From Candidatus Saccharimonadota bacterium (GTDB lineage: Bacteria > Bacteroidota > Bacteroidia > Cytophagales > Amoebophilaceae), in the NCBI RefSeq assembly GCF_936981045.1, contig NZ_OW441264.1:1-32000 (forward strand): DNA of 32,000 bases. Direction: 5' to 3'. Position numbers and translations under genes: made by a program. The notes beneath the pieces are model-generated. The model had not been told where the DNA came from, searched no databases, and saw nothing but the letters and a program-made list of their open reading frames with translations. Below are positions 9,551 to 20,501 of this stretch, piece after piece (positions within the stretch are counted from its first letter, which is position 1; each line of letters starts with the position of its first letter).

Positions 9551-10553
9551 ACCTCAGTTCGGGATTAGACGTATTGTGAACCAGTCATATATATATTAGT
9601 TATAGAAGGTTTTTTCTCTTTTAGTGCATAAGCTGTAATTCCAGCTATCAAATTGACTAGAAAATTAGGTATGCTTCTATGCCTGGCATGTTCTATCTGG
9701 CTAATATTTTTGAGCTGATCTATAATAGTTTCAATTATAGATCGTTTTCTAAGCATCAGTTTATCCTAGAGTGGCATAAAAGCATTTTTCATATTTTTTC
9801 TGATTTGGGTAATGAGTTCCACGCCTTTCTCGATCAGTTTTTCAAATAAATCTTTGCTTATGTAACCTTTATTGGCAAACATTTTACCCATGAAGTGTTT
9901 ACATAAATTTTCTACAGGAAGCCTATCATTAGTTTTACCTGTGGTCAGTTGAAAATTCATAATTTCTCCTAAATCATTGACTATCAAGTGCAACTTTAAT
10001 CCAAAAAACCAACCGGTGCTGGTTTTACCTTTAGTAGCAATCGATTTAAAAACCCTGTGCGTATAGGCTCTTTTGATATGGCAAACCTTGATGGCTGTTG
10101 CATCCATAAAATAACAACTTGTTTTTGTTTTAGAAAGACTTTGTGTAAAACAGTACAAGGGAACTAACGTTCTTTGGATCAGTTCTATAAATCTATTCTA
10201 GCTTACTAACTTTCCAAATTCACTAGAATGAAATTGCTGTAAATGAATATAATAAGACTTAAAATTTCTAAAACCAATCACATGAAAGGCAATAAGAACA
10301 GTCATTATTTCACTCAAAGTTAATGAACAAGTTCTAGTGGGTTTTCTTTTAGAGTTGGTTAACAGTTGTTTTTCCATATACGGCATAAACTTTATGAGAA
10401 ATTCATCAACAGCATAATATATTTCAACTAATTATTTCTACATTCATAACTGGCTCCTTTGGATAATCTGGTTAGTATTTTTTTATCTCCAAATTTAAAA
10501 CACGAAGAAGCTTTTTAAAGCTATTTTTTAACAAGCTAATCCCGAACTTAGGT
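9551..10553 (-). mobile_element. IS982-family insertion sequence, copy 2 (transposase disrupted)
   Basis: TIRs acctcagttcgggattag (9551-9568) and ctaatcccgaacttaggt (10536-10553). Collinear with copy 1 over its whole length. Confidence 0.88.
9565..10447 (-). pseudogene. IS982-family transposase with three lesions
   Basis: Track ORFs 9565..9756, 9766..10158 and 10198..10386. The lesions are the shared in-frame TAG at 10198-10200, a private TGG-to-TAG change at 9766-9768 (copy 1 has ccagagtgg where copy 2 has cctagagtgg), and an N-terminal frameshift (caactaattatttctac here, caactaacttttctac in copy 1). Confidence 0.85.
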
Positions 10554-10590
10554 TAAAATAATGATTTTTTAGAATAAACGCGACAGAACC
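10554..10590 (-). mobile_element. IS6-family terminal fragment (transposase-proximal end only)
   Basis: aaaataatgattttttagaataaacgcgacagaacc matches the ends of the IS6 copies at 14470-14505 and 28538-28573. Confidence 0.75.
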
Positions 10591-10645
10591 GAAAAAAGTG
10601 TGATAAAAATGTCTTATTTACCACTGACTTGAACAAATACATAAA
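10591..10645 (+). repeat. Long-palindrome repeat family, right-end-only copy H (A/T hairpin half plus tail), cut by the IS6 fragment
   Basis: gaaaaaagtgtgataaaaatgtcttatttaccactgacttgaacaaatac parallels 26844-26893 of the full copy E. Confidence 0.55.
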
Positions 10646-10659
10646 AATAGGGTAGCGGT

Positions 10660-13299
10660 TCATCTAAAACAAAACTTAGTGCCTACAGCCGTTTCTTGCA
10701 TATCAGCTATGCATGGTAGCGTTTCCTCGCATGGACGATCTATTTTCTGCTTTACCAATGATTGATATAGTAAATCAGCAATCGTAGCCATACCTTCTGT
10801 TTTCTCTGGAAGTGGGGCCATAACATAGAGTTGCGCTTCGGCTCTTGTAAAGGCTACATAGAGTAGATTGAGGTTATCTAGATGTATTTGGAGCTGTTCT
10901 AGGTAATAGTCTTTTGCATAATGGGTTTCTTTTAAATCTGCACCATAGCCTATTGGCCATATAGGAAAATATCGGTGTTGTGGATGGTATAGGCTCCATA
11001 ATATGGGGCCATTTTGTGGCGGATGGTCTAATCCCCAATTACAAAAAGGCATAATGACTACTTTAAATGCCAATCCTTTAGATTGGTGAATGGTCATTAC
11101 ACGGATCACATTTTCATGATGACTGGCAGGTAGTTGTATCGCTCGACCTCTTTTTTCCCACCAAACTAAAAATGCTTCTATAGAAGACGATTCTGTAAGA
11201 CAAAAGTTTAAAACAATACTCTGAAAAAAAGCTAGAACATCGCCAAAGTCATGAGGAGATTTAAATAAACAGGCGATCAGTAGATGCACACAGGTATAAA
11301 CCGATACATTTTTTAAAAAGTCTTTTTGTGCCCAAAACGAGTGGGGCAATAGCTTTTGCATATCGCCATCTACTGCTTGGTAGTATCTATCATGGTGCCC
11401 ATTCCCCGAATGGTTATCTATACCATGCCAATAAGCTTGTATCCAGGATACTTTATTAATTAAATCATCTTCATTATTAAGATAATATAATGCATGTATC
11501 AATACTTTTATGGCTATATGGCTCCATAAAGAGTGGGCATGATCCGATACTAACTTATATGAACCAATGGTATGGTTGCACAAATGGGTTAGTAAAGCGG
11601 CTTCACTATTATTCCGAATCAATACAACGATATCCTTTGCTGGAATGCCCTCTTGTTGTAACCGTTCTAGCAAGGCTATAAAGGTTTTTTGTGCATGCGC
11701 TTTCCAAGAAGTAGGATAACCCTCTGTTTGGTCAGAACGAAGTAAAAAAAGTTCTACATAACCTCCTTTTGTAGCGTTTGTTTGTTGTGCTACGTCATCA
11801 TAAGCCCGTCGCATTTGGGCCAAGTCATAAGAGAGTGGATCAATAGAGGGAAAGGTAGATTCGAGATAATCAACCAATTGGTTGGCGGCTTTTTTAAAGA
11901 AATGATTGTTAAATAATATAATGGCCTCTTGGCTACGTCTATTGGTAGTTAAACCATAAATGGTACTTTCCTTAAATTCTGCTTCTACTTGATGGTTCAA
12001 GAGTTTCCAATTGCTACCACGCCAACGGTAAATAGATTGTTTGACGTCTCCTACTAATAAGCTAGTATATCCTTGTGCCAGGCTATTGCGTAATAATGGC
12101 TTGATATTCATCCATTGAAAAAGAGAAAGGTCTTGAAATTCATCTATTAGAAAATGATGAAATTGATTGCCTATTTTTTCATATAGGTAGGGTGTATCGC
12201 TGCCCTGAATGGCTTGGTAGAGTAAGGCGGCAATATCTGACATAAACAAGAGATTGTTTTTGAATCTATACCGCTCTAATCCTATAAGTAATGCGCCGAT
12301 CATACCAAAGGCATAAGTAAAACGGTTCCCCACTATGGTGGTTCTATATGCTAAGCCTTCTTTTTCATACAAGTTCATTGCCTGCATCAGTAAAGGATGG
12401 AGTAAAGTCTCTACTACTTTAGCGATATGGGCGGATTTATTGGTTTTTTGCTTGTGGTACCAACTTGTTAGATCATTGTTGCCTATAGCAGCCAGTTTGG
12501 TGGGCTTCAGATCTTTTTTGCTGGCTAATTTTAAAAAATAGCCTATTACTCCTTTGGTACCATAGGTAAAATCTTTGGGTGTAAGTCCCTCTTGTTGCAC
12601 TATGTTTAGGGCAGTTTGCCCTATCTTTTGCATCCTTTGTTCAAAGGAGCACAAAGACGCTTGTGTCGCTAATGCGAAGTGAGGACATTCCTCTTTCTGC
12701 TGAAAAGCAGTTAATAATGCTTTTTCATGTAACTTAAATGACTCATCAAAGAGTGCTTTACCCAGCTCCTGAATGTGGCTTTTAACATGCCAGTTTTTAC
12801 CAACCAATAGTTTCGTAAGTGCAAAGTCCACCATCCATTGTTGAAGCAACGGTTCATCTAAGATAGATAGTTCCTCTATGGTTTCTTTTAAAGCCAGTGG
12901 CTCATCCATCTCAATAGCAAAATGGTGGGGTAACCCGAGTGATTGGGCAAAGGATTGAAGGATCTTATGGAAGAAACCATCGATGGTCACAACTGACAAA
13001 TCACCATACTGATGTACCATCATGGATAATATTTCCTTGCTGCGCAGCTGTAGTTGAGCAGGCGCCCACCCTGTTTGGCGCAGCATTTCTCGTAAAGTCG
13101 TTTCTTCCCCAATAGATAGGCTATGCAAATAGGCCAGAATCCGCTGCTTCATTTCCTGGGTTGCACGATTGGTAAAGGTTACCGCCAAGATATGTTTAAA
13201 AGCATCTGGATAACGTAAAGCCCATTGAATATAACGGGTTACCAATATATGGGTTTTGCCAGAACCTGCAGAAGCACGATAGATAAGCAATTGAGCCAT
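10660..13299 (-). CDS. UvrD/Rep/AddA-type superfamily 1 DNA helicase
   Basis: 879-aa ORF with Walker A ASAGSGKTH, motif II IDEFQD, VGDVKQSIYRWRGS, TTNRRS, TIHQSKGLAF and YVAFTRAEAQL. Confidence 0.85.
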   Translation of the reverse strand: MAQLLIYRASAGSGKTHILVTRYIQWALRYPDAFKHILAVTFTNRATQEMKQRILAYLHSLSIGEETTLREMLRQTGWAPAQLQLRSKEILSMMVHQYGDLSVVTIDGFFHKILQSFAQSLGLPHHFAIEMDEPLALKETIEELSILDEPLLQQWMVDFALTKLLVGKNWHVKSHIQELGKALFDESFKLHEKALLTAFQQKEECPHFALATQASLCSFEQRMQKIGQTALNIVQQEGLTPKDFTYGTKGVIGYFLKLASKKDLKPTKLAAIGNNDLTSWYHKQKTNKSAHIAKVVETLLHPLLMQAMNLYEKEGLAYRTTIVGNRFTYAFGMIGALLIGLERYRFKNNLLFMSDIAALLYQAIQGSDTPYLYEKIGNQFHHFLIDEFQDLSLFQWMNIKPLLRNSLAQGYTSLLVGDVKQSIYRWRGSNWKLLNHQVEAEFKESTIYGLTTNRRSQEAIILFNNHFFKKAANQLVDYLESTFPSIDPLSYDLAQMRRAYDDVAQQTNATKGGYVELFLLRSDQTEGYPTSWKAHAQKTFIALLERLQQEGIPAKDIVVLIRNNSEAALLTHLCNHTIGSYKLVSDHAHSLWSHIAIKVLIHALYYLNNEDDLINKVSWIQAYWHGIDNHSGNGHHDRYYQAVDGDMQKLLPHSFWAQKDFLKNVSVYTCVHLLIACLFKSPHDFGDVLAFFQSIVLNFCLTESSSIEAFLVWWEKRGRAIQLPASHHENVIRVMTIHQSKGLAFKVVIMPFCNWGLDHPPQNGPILWSLYHPQHRYFPIWPIGYGADLKETHYAKDYYLEQLQIHLDNLNLLYVAFTRAEAQLYVMAPLPEKTEGMATIADLLYQSLVKQKIDRPCEETLPCIADMQETAVGTKFCFR

Positions 13300-13477
13300 A
13301 GCTTTTTAAGGATAAGCAACCATTCCCAAACTGATCTAAGTAGGCCAGCTTAGTGTTCTTCTATAACGCAAGGAAATCGTTAAGTTTATAAAATATATAT
13401 TGGTAATCAATCTATATAATAAATATAGAAATTGCCAAAGAAAAAAGTTATGCATAACTGTGCTTTACAACAGATAG

Positions 13478-13661
13478 GGAGGCTCTGTCTACTTAAGTGT
13501 GTAAATTATTTTTTTGGTTTTATTCAATTCTGTTTTCAAATTTAATTAAAAAATGTGCCATAGTCTCGCTCCAGTTATGAATAGAGGTGGTCCATTTTCT
13601 AGTCATGTAGTTAATAGTTAGATATTAGGGACCATAAGTTGCAATTATCCTTGTCTATAAC
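13478..13661 (-). mobile_element. 3' end fragment of a second IS256-family subtype, cut by IS6 copy A
   Basis: The reverse strand encodes ..MTRKWTTSIHNWSETMAHFLIKFENRIE-stop, comparable to the C-terminus KWTMPLRNWALTISQIDIFFPGRLK of the intact IS256. A terminal repeat follows. The same sequence recurs at 27631-27740. Confidence 0.6.
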
Positions 13662-14505
13662 GGTTCTGTCGCGTCTATATTTTCTTTAGTAACGTCTTTT
13701 CTTTTAAGTGAAGTTTTGGATATATATTGGGTATTATTCGGCCATTAGCATAACAAAATTCTCAAAAGTAGAAAGATGATTTTTAGCTCCAATTACTTGT
13801 CCTTTTTGAATCATACGAATGTTTTCTATCCCCGAAATGGTAATGGCTGCAGACTTAAAACACTTAAAACTAAGCATAGGTTTTAGCCGTTTTTTGATAA
13901 ACCTATGATCTTGTTCAACTCTATTATTCAAGTATTTGTTTTGAAATATTTGAATGGTATGATCTTGATCAAGTTCTGTATTGATCGCATCAAGGGCAGC
14001 TTTATTACTACCGCTTTTGTCAATTACTACTTTCTTAGGAATATTATTTTCTGTGATCGCCTTACGAAAAAAAGAAAAAGCTGCAGACTTGTCTCTATAC
14101 TCAGATAGAAAAAAGTTAACTGTATCACCATAACGATCTACTGTTCTATATAAATAGATCCACTTCCCGTTTAGTTTAATATAGGTCTCATCTATTCTCC
14201 AACTACCACCAACTGGTCGTTTTCTTTTGCTTACTGCTTCATCTATAAGAGGAACAAACTTAATAACCCATCTTTGTAGCGTAGAATGATCAACTCTTGC
14301 GCCTCTCATACGCATCATCTCTTCCAAATCTCTATAGCTCAAGGAAAAACGACACTTCATCTAGACAAATAACAGGATGACTTCTGCTGAAGAACAATAG
14401 CCTTTAAAATAAGGTAATAATTTGGGCGAAATATTAAACATAATGACTACTTTTTTAACTACAGATACTAAAATAATGATTTTTTAGAATAAACGAGACA
14501 GAACC
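13662..14505 (-). mobile_element. IS6-family (IS26-like) insertion sequence, copy A
   Basis: Ends ggttctgtcgcgtctata (13662-) and aataaacgagacagaacc (-14505). No flanking direct repeat is seen. Confidence 0.88.
13734..14360 (-). CDS. IS6-family transposase, N-terminally cut off by an in-frame TAG relative to copy B (probably defective)
   Basis: Motifs DETYIKLNGKWIYLYRTVDRYGDTVNFFLS and NNRVEQDHRFIKKR. Upstream, MFNISPKLLPYFKGYCSSAEVILLFV is followed by TAG (14361-14363) where copy B has TAC. Confidence 0.85.
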   Translation of the reverse strand: MKCRFSLSYRDLEEMMRMRGARVDHSTLQRWVIKFVPLIDEAVSKRKRPVGGSWRIDETYIKLNGKWIYLYRTVDRYGDTVNFFLSEYRDKSAAFSFFRKAITENNIPKKVVIDKSGSNKAALDAINTELDQDHTIQIFQNKYLNNRVEQDHRFIKKRLKPMLSFKCFKSAAITISGIENIRMIQKGQVIGAKNHLSTFENFVMLMAE

Positions 14506-14511
14506 GTACTG

Positions 14512-14535
14512 TGACACAGTTCATTGAACACTTCC
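14512..14535 (+). repeat. Solo IS256-family right terminal repeat (variant)
   Basis: tgacacagttcattgaacacttcc resembles the right TIR tgacacagtttatagaacacttccc at 18505-18529. It lies between IS6 copy A and the rfbC stop codon. Confidence 0.55.
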
Positions 14536-14542
14536 TCCAAGG

Positions 14543-15091
14543 TTAAAAGTTATAGATTGCCTCTTGCAATAGTGGTAACGCCTCATCTTTTGCTGAAATA
14601 ATTTGGGGTGTTTCATAATCTTCCCAAGGAATATTTAAGGTAGGATCTTGAAAATGAATGCCCTGCTCTGCGTCTGGATAACGATATGCATCGCACTTAT
14701 ACGCGACTATAGCCTCGTTGCTTAAGGCTATAAAGCCATGGGCAAAGCCTCTAGGCACAAAAAGCTGATGCTGGTTTTCTGAAGAAAGTAAAAAGCCCTG
14801 CCATTTTCCAAAGGTATCCATTGCCTTACGCAAGTCTACTACCACATCCCATATAACGCCCTGTACCACACGAACCAATTTGGCTTGTGCATAGGGCGCC
14901 AATTGATAATGGAGCCCACGAAGGGTTCCTTTTTTAGATAAAGATTGATTTTCTTGTATAAAAGAAACATCCAAGCCTACTGCCTTATATTTTTCTTTAT
15001 GGTAAGATTCAAAAAAATAACCTCTGCTATCGTAATATATAGTAGGTTTAAACAGTAAAAGACCTGAAAGGTATTGTGCTTCTAATTGCAT
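14543..15091 (-). CDS. rfbC: dTDP-4-dehydrorhamnose 3,5-epimerase
   Basis: 182-aa ORF with LRGLHYQ, VWDVVVDLR and FVPRGFAHGF motifs. Confidence 0.92.
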   Translation of the reverse strand: MQLEAQYLSGLLLFKPTIYYDSRGYFFESYHKEKYKAVGLDVSFIQENQSLSKKGTLRGLHYQLAPYAQAKLVRVVQGVIWDVVVDLRKAMDTFGKWQGFLLSSENQHQLFVPRGFAHGFIALSNEAIVAYKCDAYRYPDAEQGIHFQDPTLNIPWEDYETPQIISAKDEALPLLQEAIYNF

Positions 15092-15116
15092 GACTTATCT
15101 GTAGATATTCGTTTAG

Positions 15117-15137
15117 CCAATGGTGTCAACTTAAGGA
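15117..15137 (+). repeat. Solo IS4-family TIR copy
   Basis: ccaatggtgtcaacttaagga, in the same orientation as the left TIR of the complete IS4 about 180 bp downstream. Confidence 0.55.
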
Positions 15138-15173
15138 TTATATGCAGCTCTGCTTTCTAACCACACAAAACAA

Positions 15174-15295
15174 GCAAAAACGCGCATTGTAAAAAGTTGT
15201 GACTAGAAAGCACACCTTGCAGCTGAGCAGAACAACAGTTTAATGGAGGCCACAGGGTGGCTTCTATTTTTTGAGCTGTAAGGGGGGCGTTCACT
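15174..15295 (+). repeat. Long-palindrome repeat, copy C (left foot, left arm, apex, start of right arm), cut by IS4
   Basis: aaaaacgcgcattgtaaaaagttgtga..agcacaccttgcagctgagcagaacaacag, then the apex gaggccacagggtggcttc (15246-15264), then gagctgtaagg. It ends at the IS4 TIR (15296). Confidence 0.7.
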
Positions 15296-17155
<1,860 letters not shown>

Positions 17156-17180
17156 TTTTAGTGCTTTTTTTAGAGCAGGT

Positions 17181-18529
17181 GGGAAGTGTTCTATAAACTG
17201 TGTCAAGGCGATAAAAAGTTATAAATTAATTAAATAAACATTAAAGGTTTTAGACATGGAAGAAAATAAGAACAATTCCTATGTTGGTTTAGTAGATTAC
17301 AAATTTCTGGAGGAAAATATTTTGTGCTCTATCCGTTTAGGTAAGCCTTTAACAGGAAAAGGTGGTGCTTTAACGCCTCTGATAAAAAAGCTTCTAGAGG
17401 CAAGTCTAGAAGGTGAAATGGCACACCATTTATCTAGTGATTCAACAGAAAATAATAGAAGAAATGGCAAAAGCTCTAAAACTTTACGTACAAGTTCTGG
17501 TTCCTTTGATCTGCTAATTCCTAGGGATAGGACAGGTAGTTTCGATCCACAAATAGTTAAAAAGCGTCAAACAAGCCTACATCCTGAGCTGGAAAGCAAG
17601 ATCTTAAGCATATTTTCTAGTGGTATGAGCTATAAATCTATAGCCGTTCATGTTGAAGAGATCTATGATCATAAAGTATCAGCTGCTGAAATATCATCTA
17701 TTACAGATAGCTTGTTACCGATAATAAATGAATGGCGTAACCGCCCTCTTCAATCAGTTTATCCGATAGTTTTCATGGATAGGATGTTTTTTAAGGTAAA
17801 AGAAGATGGCAGATGTGTAAGCAAATGCATGTATACCTTATTAGGCATAGATCAAGAGGGTAAAAAAGAAGTATTGGGATTTTATTTGTCTGAAAGTGAG
17901 TGGGCTAACTTCTGGTTGGGTGTACTTAACGAGCTTAAGGAAAGAGGTGTAGAAGATATCCTTATTGCCTGTGTTGATGGCCTAAAAAGCTTTCCTTCAG
18001 CCATAAATAGCGTTTTCCCTAATGCACAAGTGCAGGTCTGTGTAGTACATCAGATACGAAACTCACTCAAGTATGTAGCTAGCAAAGACGTAAAACGTTT
18101 TTTAACTGATTTAAAGCAAATATATCAAGCTTCAAGTAAGGAAGTTGCTGAGCATTATCTATTGGAATTAGAAGAAAAATGGGGGGGGAAGTATCCAATG
18201 GTTACCAAATCTTGGCAAAATAATTGGGAACATTTATCTGGTTATTTTAAGTATTCAGATCCTGTCAGAAGGCTAATTTATACCACCAATCCTATAGAAA
18301 GCTTGCATAGGCAGATTAGGAAGTTTACCAAGACAAAAGGAGCGTTTACCAGTATAAATGCTTTGTATAAATTAGTATATTGTGCCATAAAGAAGATCGA
18401 GGATAAATGGACTATGCCGCTGCGAAACTGGGCGTTGACCATATCTCAGATAGACATCTTTTTTCCCGGTAGATTAAAATAGACGTTGAGATGAACAGGA
18501 GATATGACACAGTTTATAGAACACTTCCC
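17181..18529 (+). mobile_element. IS256-family insertion sequence, complete
   Basis: gggaagtgttctataaactgtgtca at 17181-17205 and its exact reverse complement at 18505-18529. It contains an intact 408-aa ORF. Confidence 0.9.
17256..18482 (+). CDS. IS256-family (Mutator-type) transposase
   Basis: Motifs VDGLKSFPSAI, QVCVVHQIRNS and TTNPIESLHRQIRK. Confidence 0.9.
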   Translation: MEENKNNSYVGLVDYKFLEENILCSIRLGKPLTGKGGALTPLIKKLLEASLEGEMAHHLSSDSTENNRRNGKSSKTLRTSSGSFDLLIPRDRTGSFDPQIVKKRQTSLHPELESKILSIFSSGMSYKSIAVHVEEIYDHKVSAAEISSITDSLLPIINEWRNRPLQSVYPIVFMDRMFFKVKEDGRCVSKCMYTLLGIDQEGKKEVLGFYLSESEWANFWLGVLNELKERGVEDILIACVDGLKSFPSAINSVFPNAQVQVCVVHQIRNSLKYVASKDVKRFLTDLKQIYQASSKEVAEHYLLELEEKWGGKYPMVTKSWQNNWEHLSGYFKYSDPVRRLIYTTNPIESLHRQIRKFTKTKGAFTSINALYKLVYCAIKKIEDKWTMPLRNWALTISQIDIFFPGRLK

Positions 18530-18530
18530 C

Positions 18531-18582
18531 GATTACTTGTCCTTTTTGAATCATAGGAATGTTTTCTATCCCTGCAATGGTC
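18531..18582 (-). mobile_element. 52-bp internal scrap of an IS6-family transposase gene
   Basis: gattacttgtcctttttgaatcataggaatgttttctatccctgcaatggt matches 13791-13842 and 27852-27903 with a few substitutions. Confidence 0.65.
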
Positions 18583-18689
18583 CTAGAGTAAAGAAATGGT
18601 TGGACCACTTAAAATTAAGCATATCTATTGCTTCTGATTGCTCGCAATACAGTAGCTGACTAACTTGATTCTTCATTGTTTACCCATTC

Positions 18690-19491
18690 CCTTCTCATCC
18701 CACCGTACGTTCAGTTTTCCCGAATACGACGGTCCGACAGTCTTCTTCATAAACCTTGCACAACTCTCTCAGGATACTTAATCATTCCACTATCAATGTA
18801 CAACATCCCCATTGTATAGAGTTTGCTATTGGGATAGCTTTGCCACCCACACCCACGGCCTTTTCTTCTATGGGTTAAATATCTGCGAAATCGGTTATTA
18901 ATAAAGTCCTGCAATCTAACAAAAGCTTCACTCACATTCGTATGTTTAAAATAGTTAACCCATCCTAACACTACTGGTTTTATTTGCTCGATGAATGTTT
19001 GAGGTTTGATTGGTGCTCTTCTACAAGTCAGGTATTTTAGTCTGTTACGGATGCTTTGTTGGGATTGTTTCGTTGGAAATACATAAATGCTATTTCTGCC
19101 ACTTGTTGGACTCTTTCTTTTTACAAAGTAAAAACCTATGAAGTTAAAGCCTTCTTTCAGTTTCGTTATTCGTGTCTTTTGGTGGTTAATAATGAGCGAT
19201 AACCTCTTTGCTAATTCTGTGAATTTCTCCAGCGCTAAGCTAGCACTCTTACGACATACCAAAATTGCATCATCACAATACCTATGCAAGGTTGCGCTTA
19301 GTTTTTCTGGATACCCCCTTGAGTGCCACACTTGGTCTATAACATTTAGGTAGATATTACTATACAACGGTGATATTGGTGATCCTTGCGGTACTCCAAC
19401 TTTCTTGCATGTAATTTTACCTTGTTTTGCTATTGACGTTGTTAGGGTTTGTTTAATTAGCTTCAACATACTGCCATCTGCTATCCTTTTA
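18690..19491 (-). mobile_element. Group II intron 3' remnant (C-terminal half of the RT/maturase ORF plus a domain V-like helix), 5' part removed at the IS982 end
   Basis: The RT ORF is described in the next feature. Just downstream of its stop, the minus strand reads gaccgucguauucgggaaaacugaacguacggug (18701-18735), which resembles the group II domain V consensus (..CCGU...GAAA...ACGUACGGU..). Confidence 0.55.
18747..19491 (-). pseudogene. Group II intron reverse transcriptase/maturase, N-terminally truncated
   Basis: Motifs GVPQGSPISPLYSNIYLN, YCDDAILV (YxDD) and the domain X-like LGWVNYFKH. The frame stays open upstream of the track start (..KRIADGS-MLKLIKQ) right up to the IS982 terminus at 19492. 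Confidence 0.8.
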
Positions 19492-19575
19492 ACGTGAGTT
19501 CGGGATTAGCTTGTTAAAAAATAGCTTTAAAAAGCTCCTTTGTGTTTTAAATTTGGAGATAAAAAAATACTAACC
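19492..19575 (+). mobile_element. IS982 copy 3, 5' terminal 84 bp
   Basis: acgtgagttcgggattagcttgttaaaaaatagctttaaaaagctcctttgtgttttaaatttggagataaaaaaatactaacc is the reverse complement of 4085-4168 in copy 1. Confidence 0.8.
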
Positions 19576-19815
19576 ACGTGAGTTCGGGATTGATTTGACT
19601 GATTTACAACAATTTAATATCAATTATTTAGTTAATATTTGCACCTATTTAACAAGTTTTTATATCTAATTTTATAAATATAATATATATAATAAACTGA
19701 TTATCAGAATTATTTTTTATTCAACTACCTATTTAACTGTCTATAAAACAAATTTTATAAATTTTTATTAATATTGATTATCAAATGAAAAAATAATCTA
19801 ATCCCGAACTCACGT
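19576..19815 (-). mobile_element. 240-bp MITE with IS982-type termini, copy 2 (inverted relative to copy 1), sitting inside IS982 copy 3
   Basis: Ends acgtgagttcgggattg and taatcccgaactcacgt. About 430 bp of IS982 (equivalent to 3654-4084 of copy 1) is missing at this junction. Confidence 0.8.
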
Positions 19816-20301
19816 TGCTAAAGGTAAAACCAGCACCGGTTGGTTTTTTGGATTAAAGTTGCACTTGATAGTCAATGATTTAGGAGAAATTATGAATTTT
19901 CAACTGACCACAGGTAAAACTAATGATAGGCTTCCTGTAGAAAATTTGTGTAAACACTTGATGGGTAAAATGTTTGCCGATAAAGGTTACATAAGCAAAG
20001 ATTTATTTAAAAAACTGATCGAGAAAGGCGTGGAACTCATTACCCAGATCAGAAAAAATATGAAAAATTCTTTTATGCCACTCTGGGATAAACTGATACT
20101 TAGAAAACGATCTATAATTGAAACTATTATAGATCAGCTCAAAAATATTAGCCAGATAGAACATTCCAGACATAGAAGCATACCTAATTTTCTAGTCAAT
20201 TTGATAGCTGGAATTACAGCTTATGCACTAAAAGAGAAAAAACCTTCTATAACTAATATATATATGACTGGTTCACAATACGTCTAATCCAGAACTGAGG
20301 T
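19816..20301 (+). pseudogene. IS982 copy 3, 3' part with the C-terminal half of the transposase and the right TIR
   Basis: Reading from 19817 gives AKGKTSTGWFFGLKLHLIVNDLGE..., continuing into track ORF 19859..20287. The TIR ctaatccagaactgaggt lies at 20284-20301. Confidence 0.82.
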
Positions 20302-20312
20302 GCTTACGAAAT

Positions 20313-20490
20313 AAAGAAAACGCGCATTGTGAAAAGTTGCGGTGAACAAGTACACCTTACAGCTGAAAAGCAAAACAGTATGTTTGCAGCCCGCGTAGCG
20401 GGCAAGTTCTGTTTTTTCTATTGTGCTTTCAGCAATTTTTTGCACAAGGATTGATTTTTTACCTACTTTTTGATCAAACAAGAAGTAAGA
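20313..20490 (+). repeat. Long-palindrome intergenic repeat, copy D (no tail)
   Basis: gaaaacgcgcattgtgaaaagttgcggtgaacaagtacaccttacagctgaaaagcaaaacag, then the apex gcccgcgtagcgggc (20389-20403), then ctgttttttc..cagcaattttttgcac..gattgatttttt plus an A/T hairpin. The track ORF 20284..20481 lies inside it. Confidence 0.72.
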
Positions 20491-20501
20491 TAAAAATACC
20501 T

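Noticed and set aside
9437-14535. The IS256-variant left end (9437-9550) and the solo right end (14512-14535) might be the two halves of one IS256 that was split open by 5 kb of inserted DNA.
   Set aside because: The orientations are compatible. However, the two terminal repeats differ from each other in the variable core (ttcactaaactg versus ttcaatgaactg), and no internal sequence links them. They may be unrelated remnants and cannot be resolved from this window.
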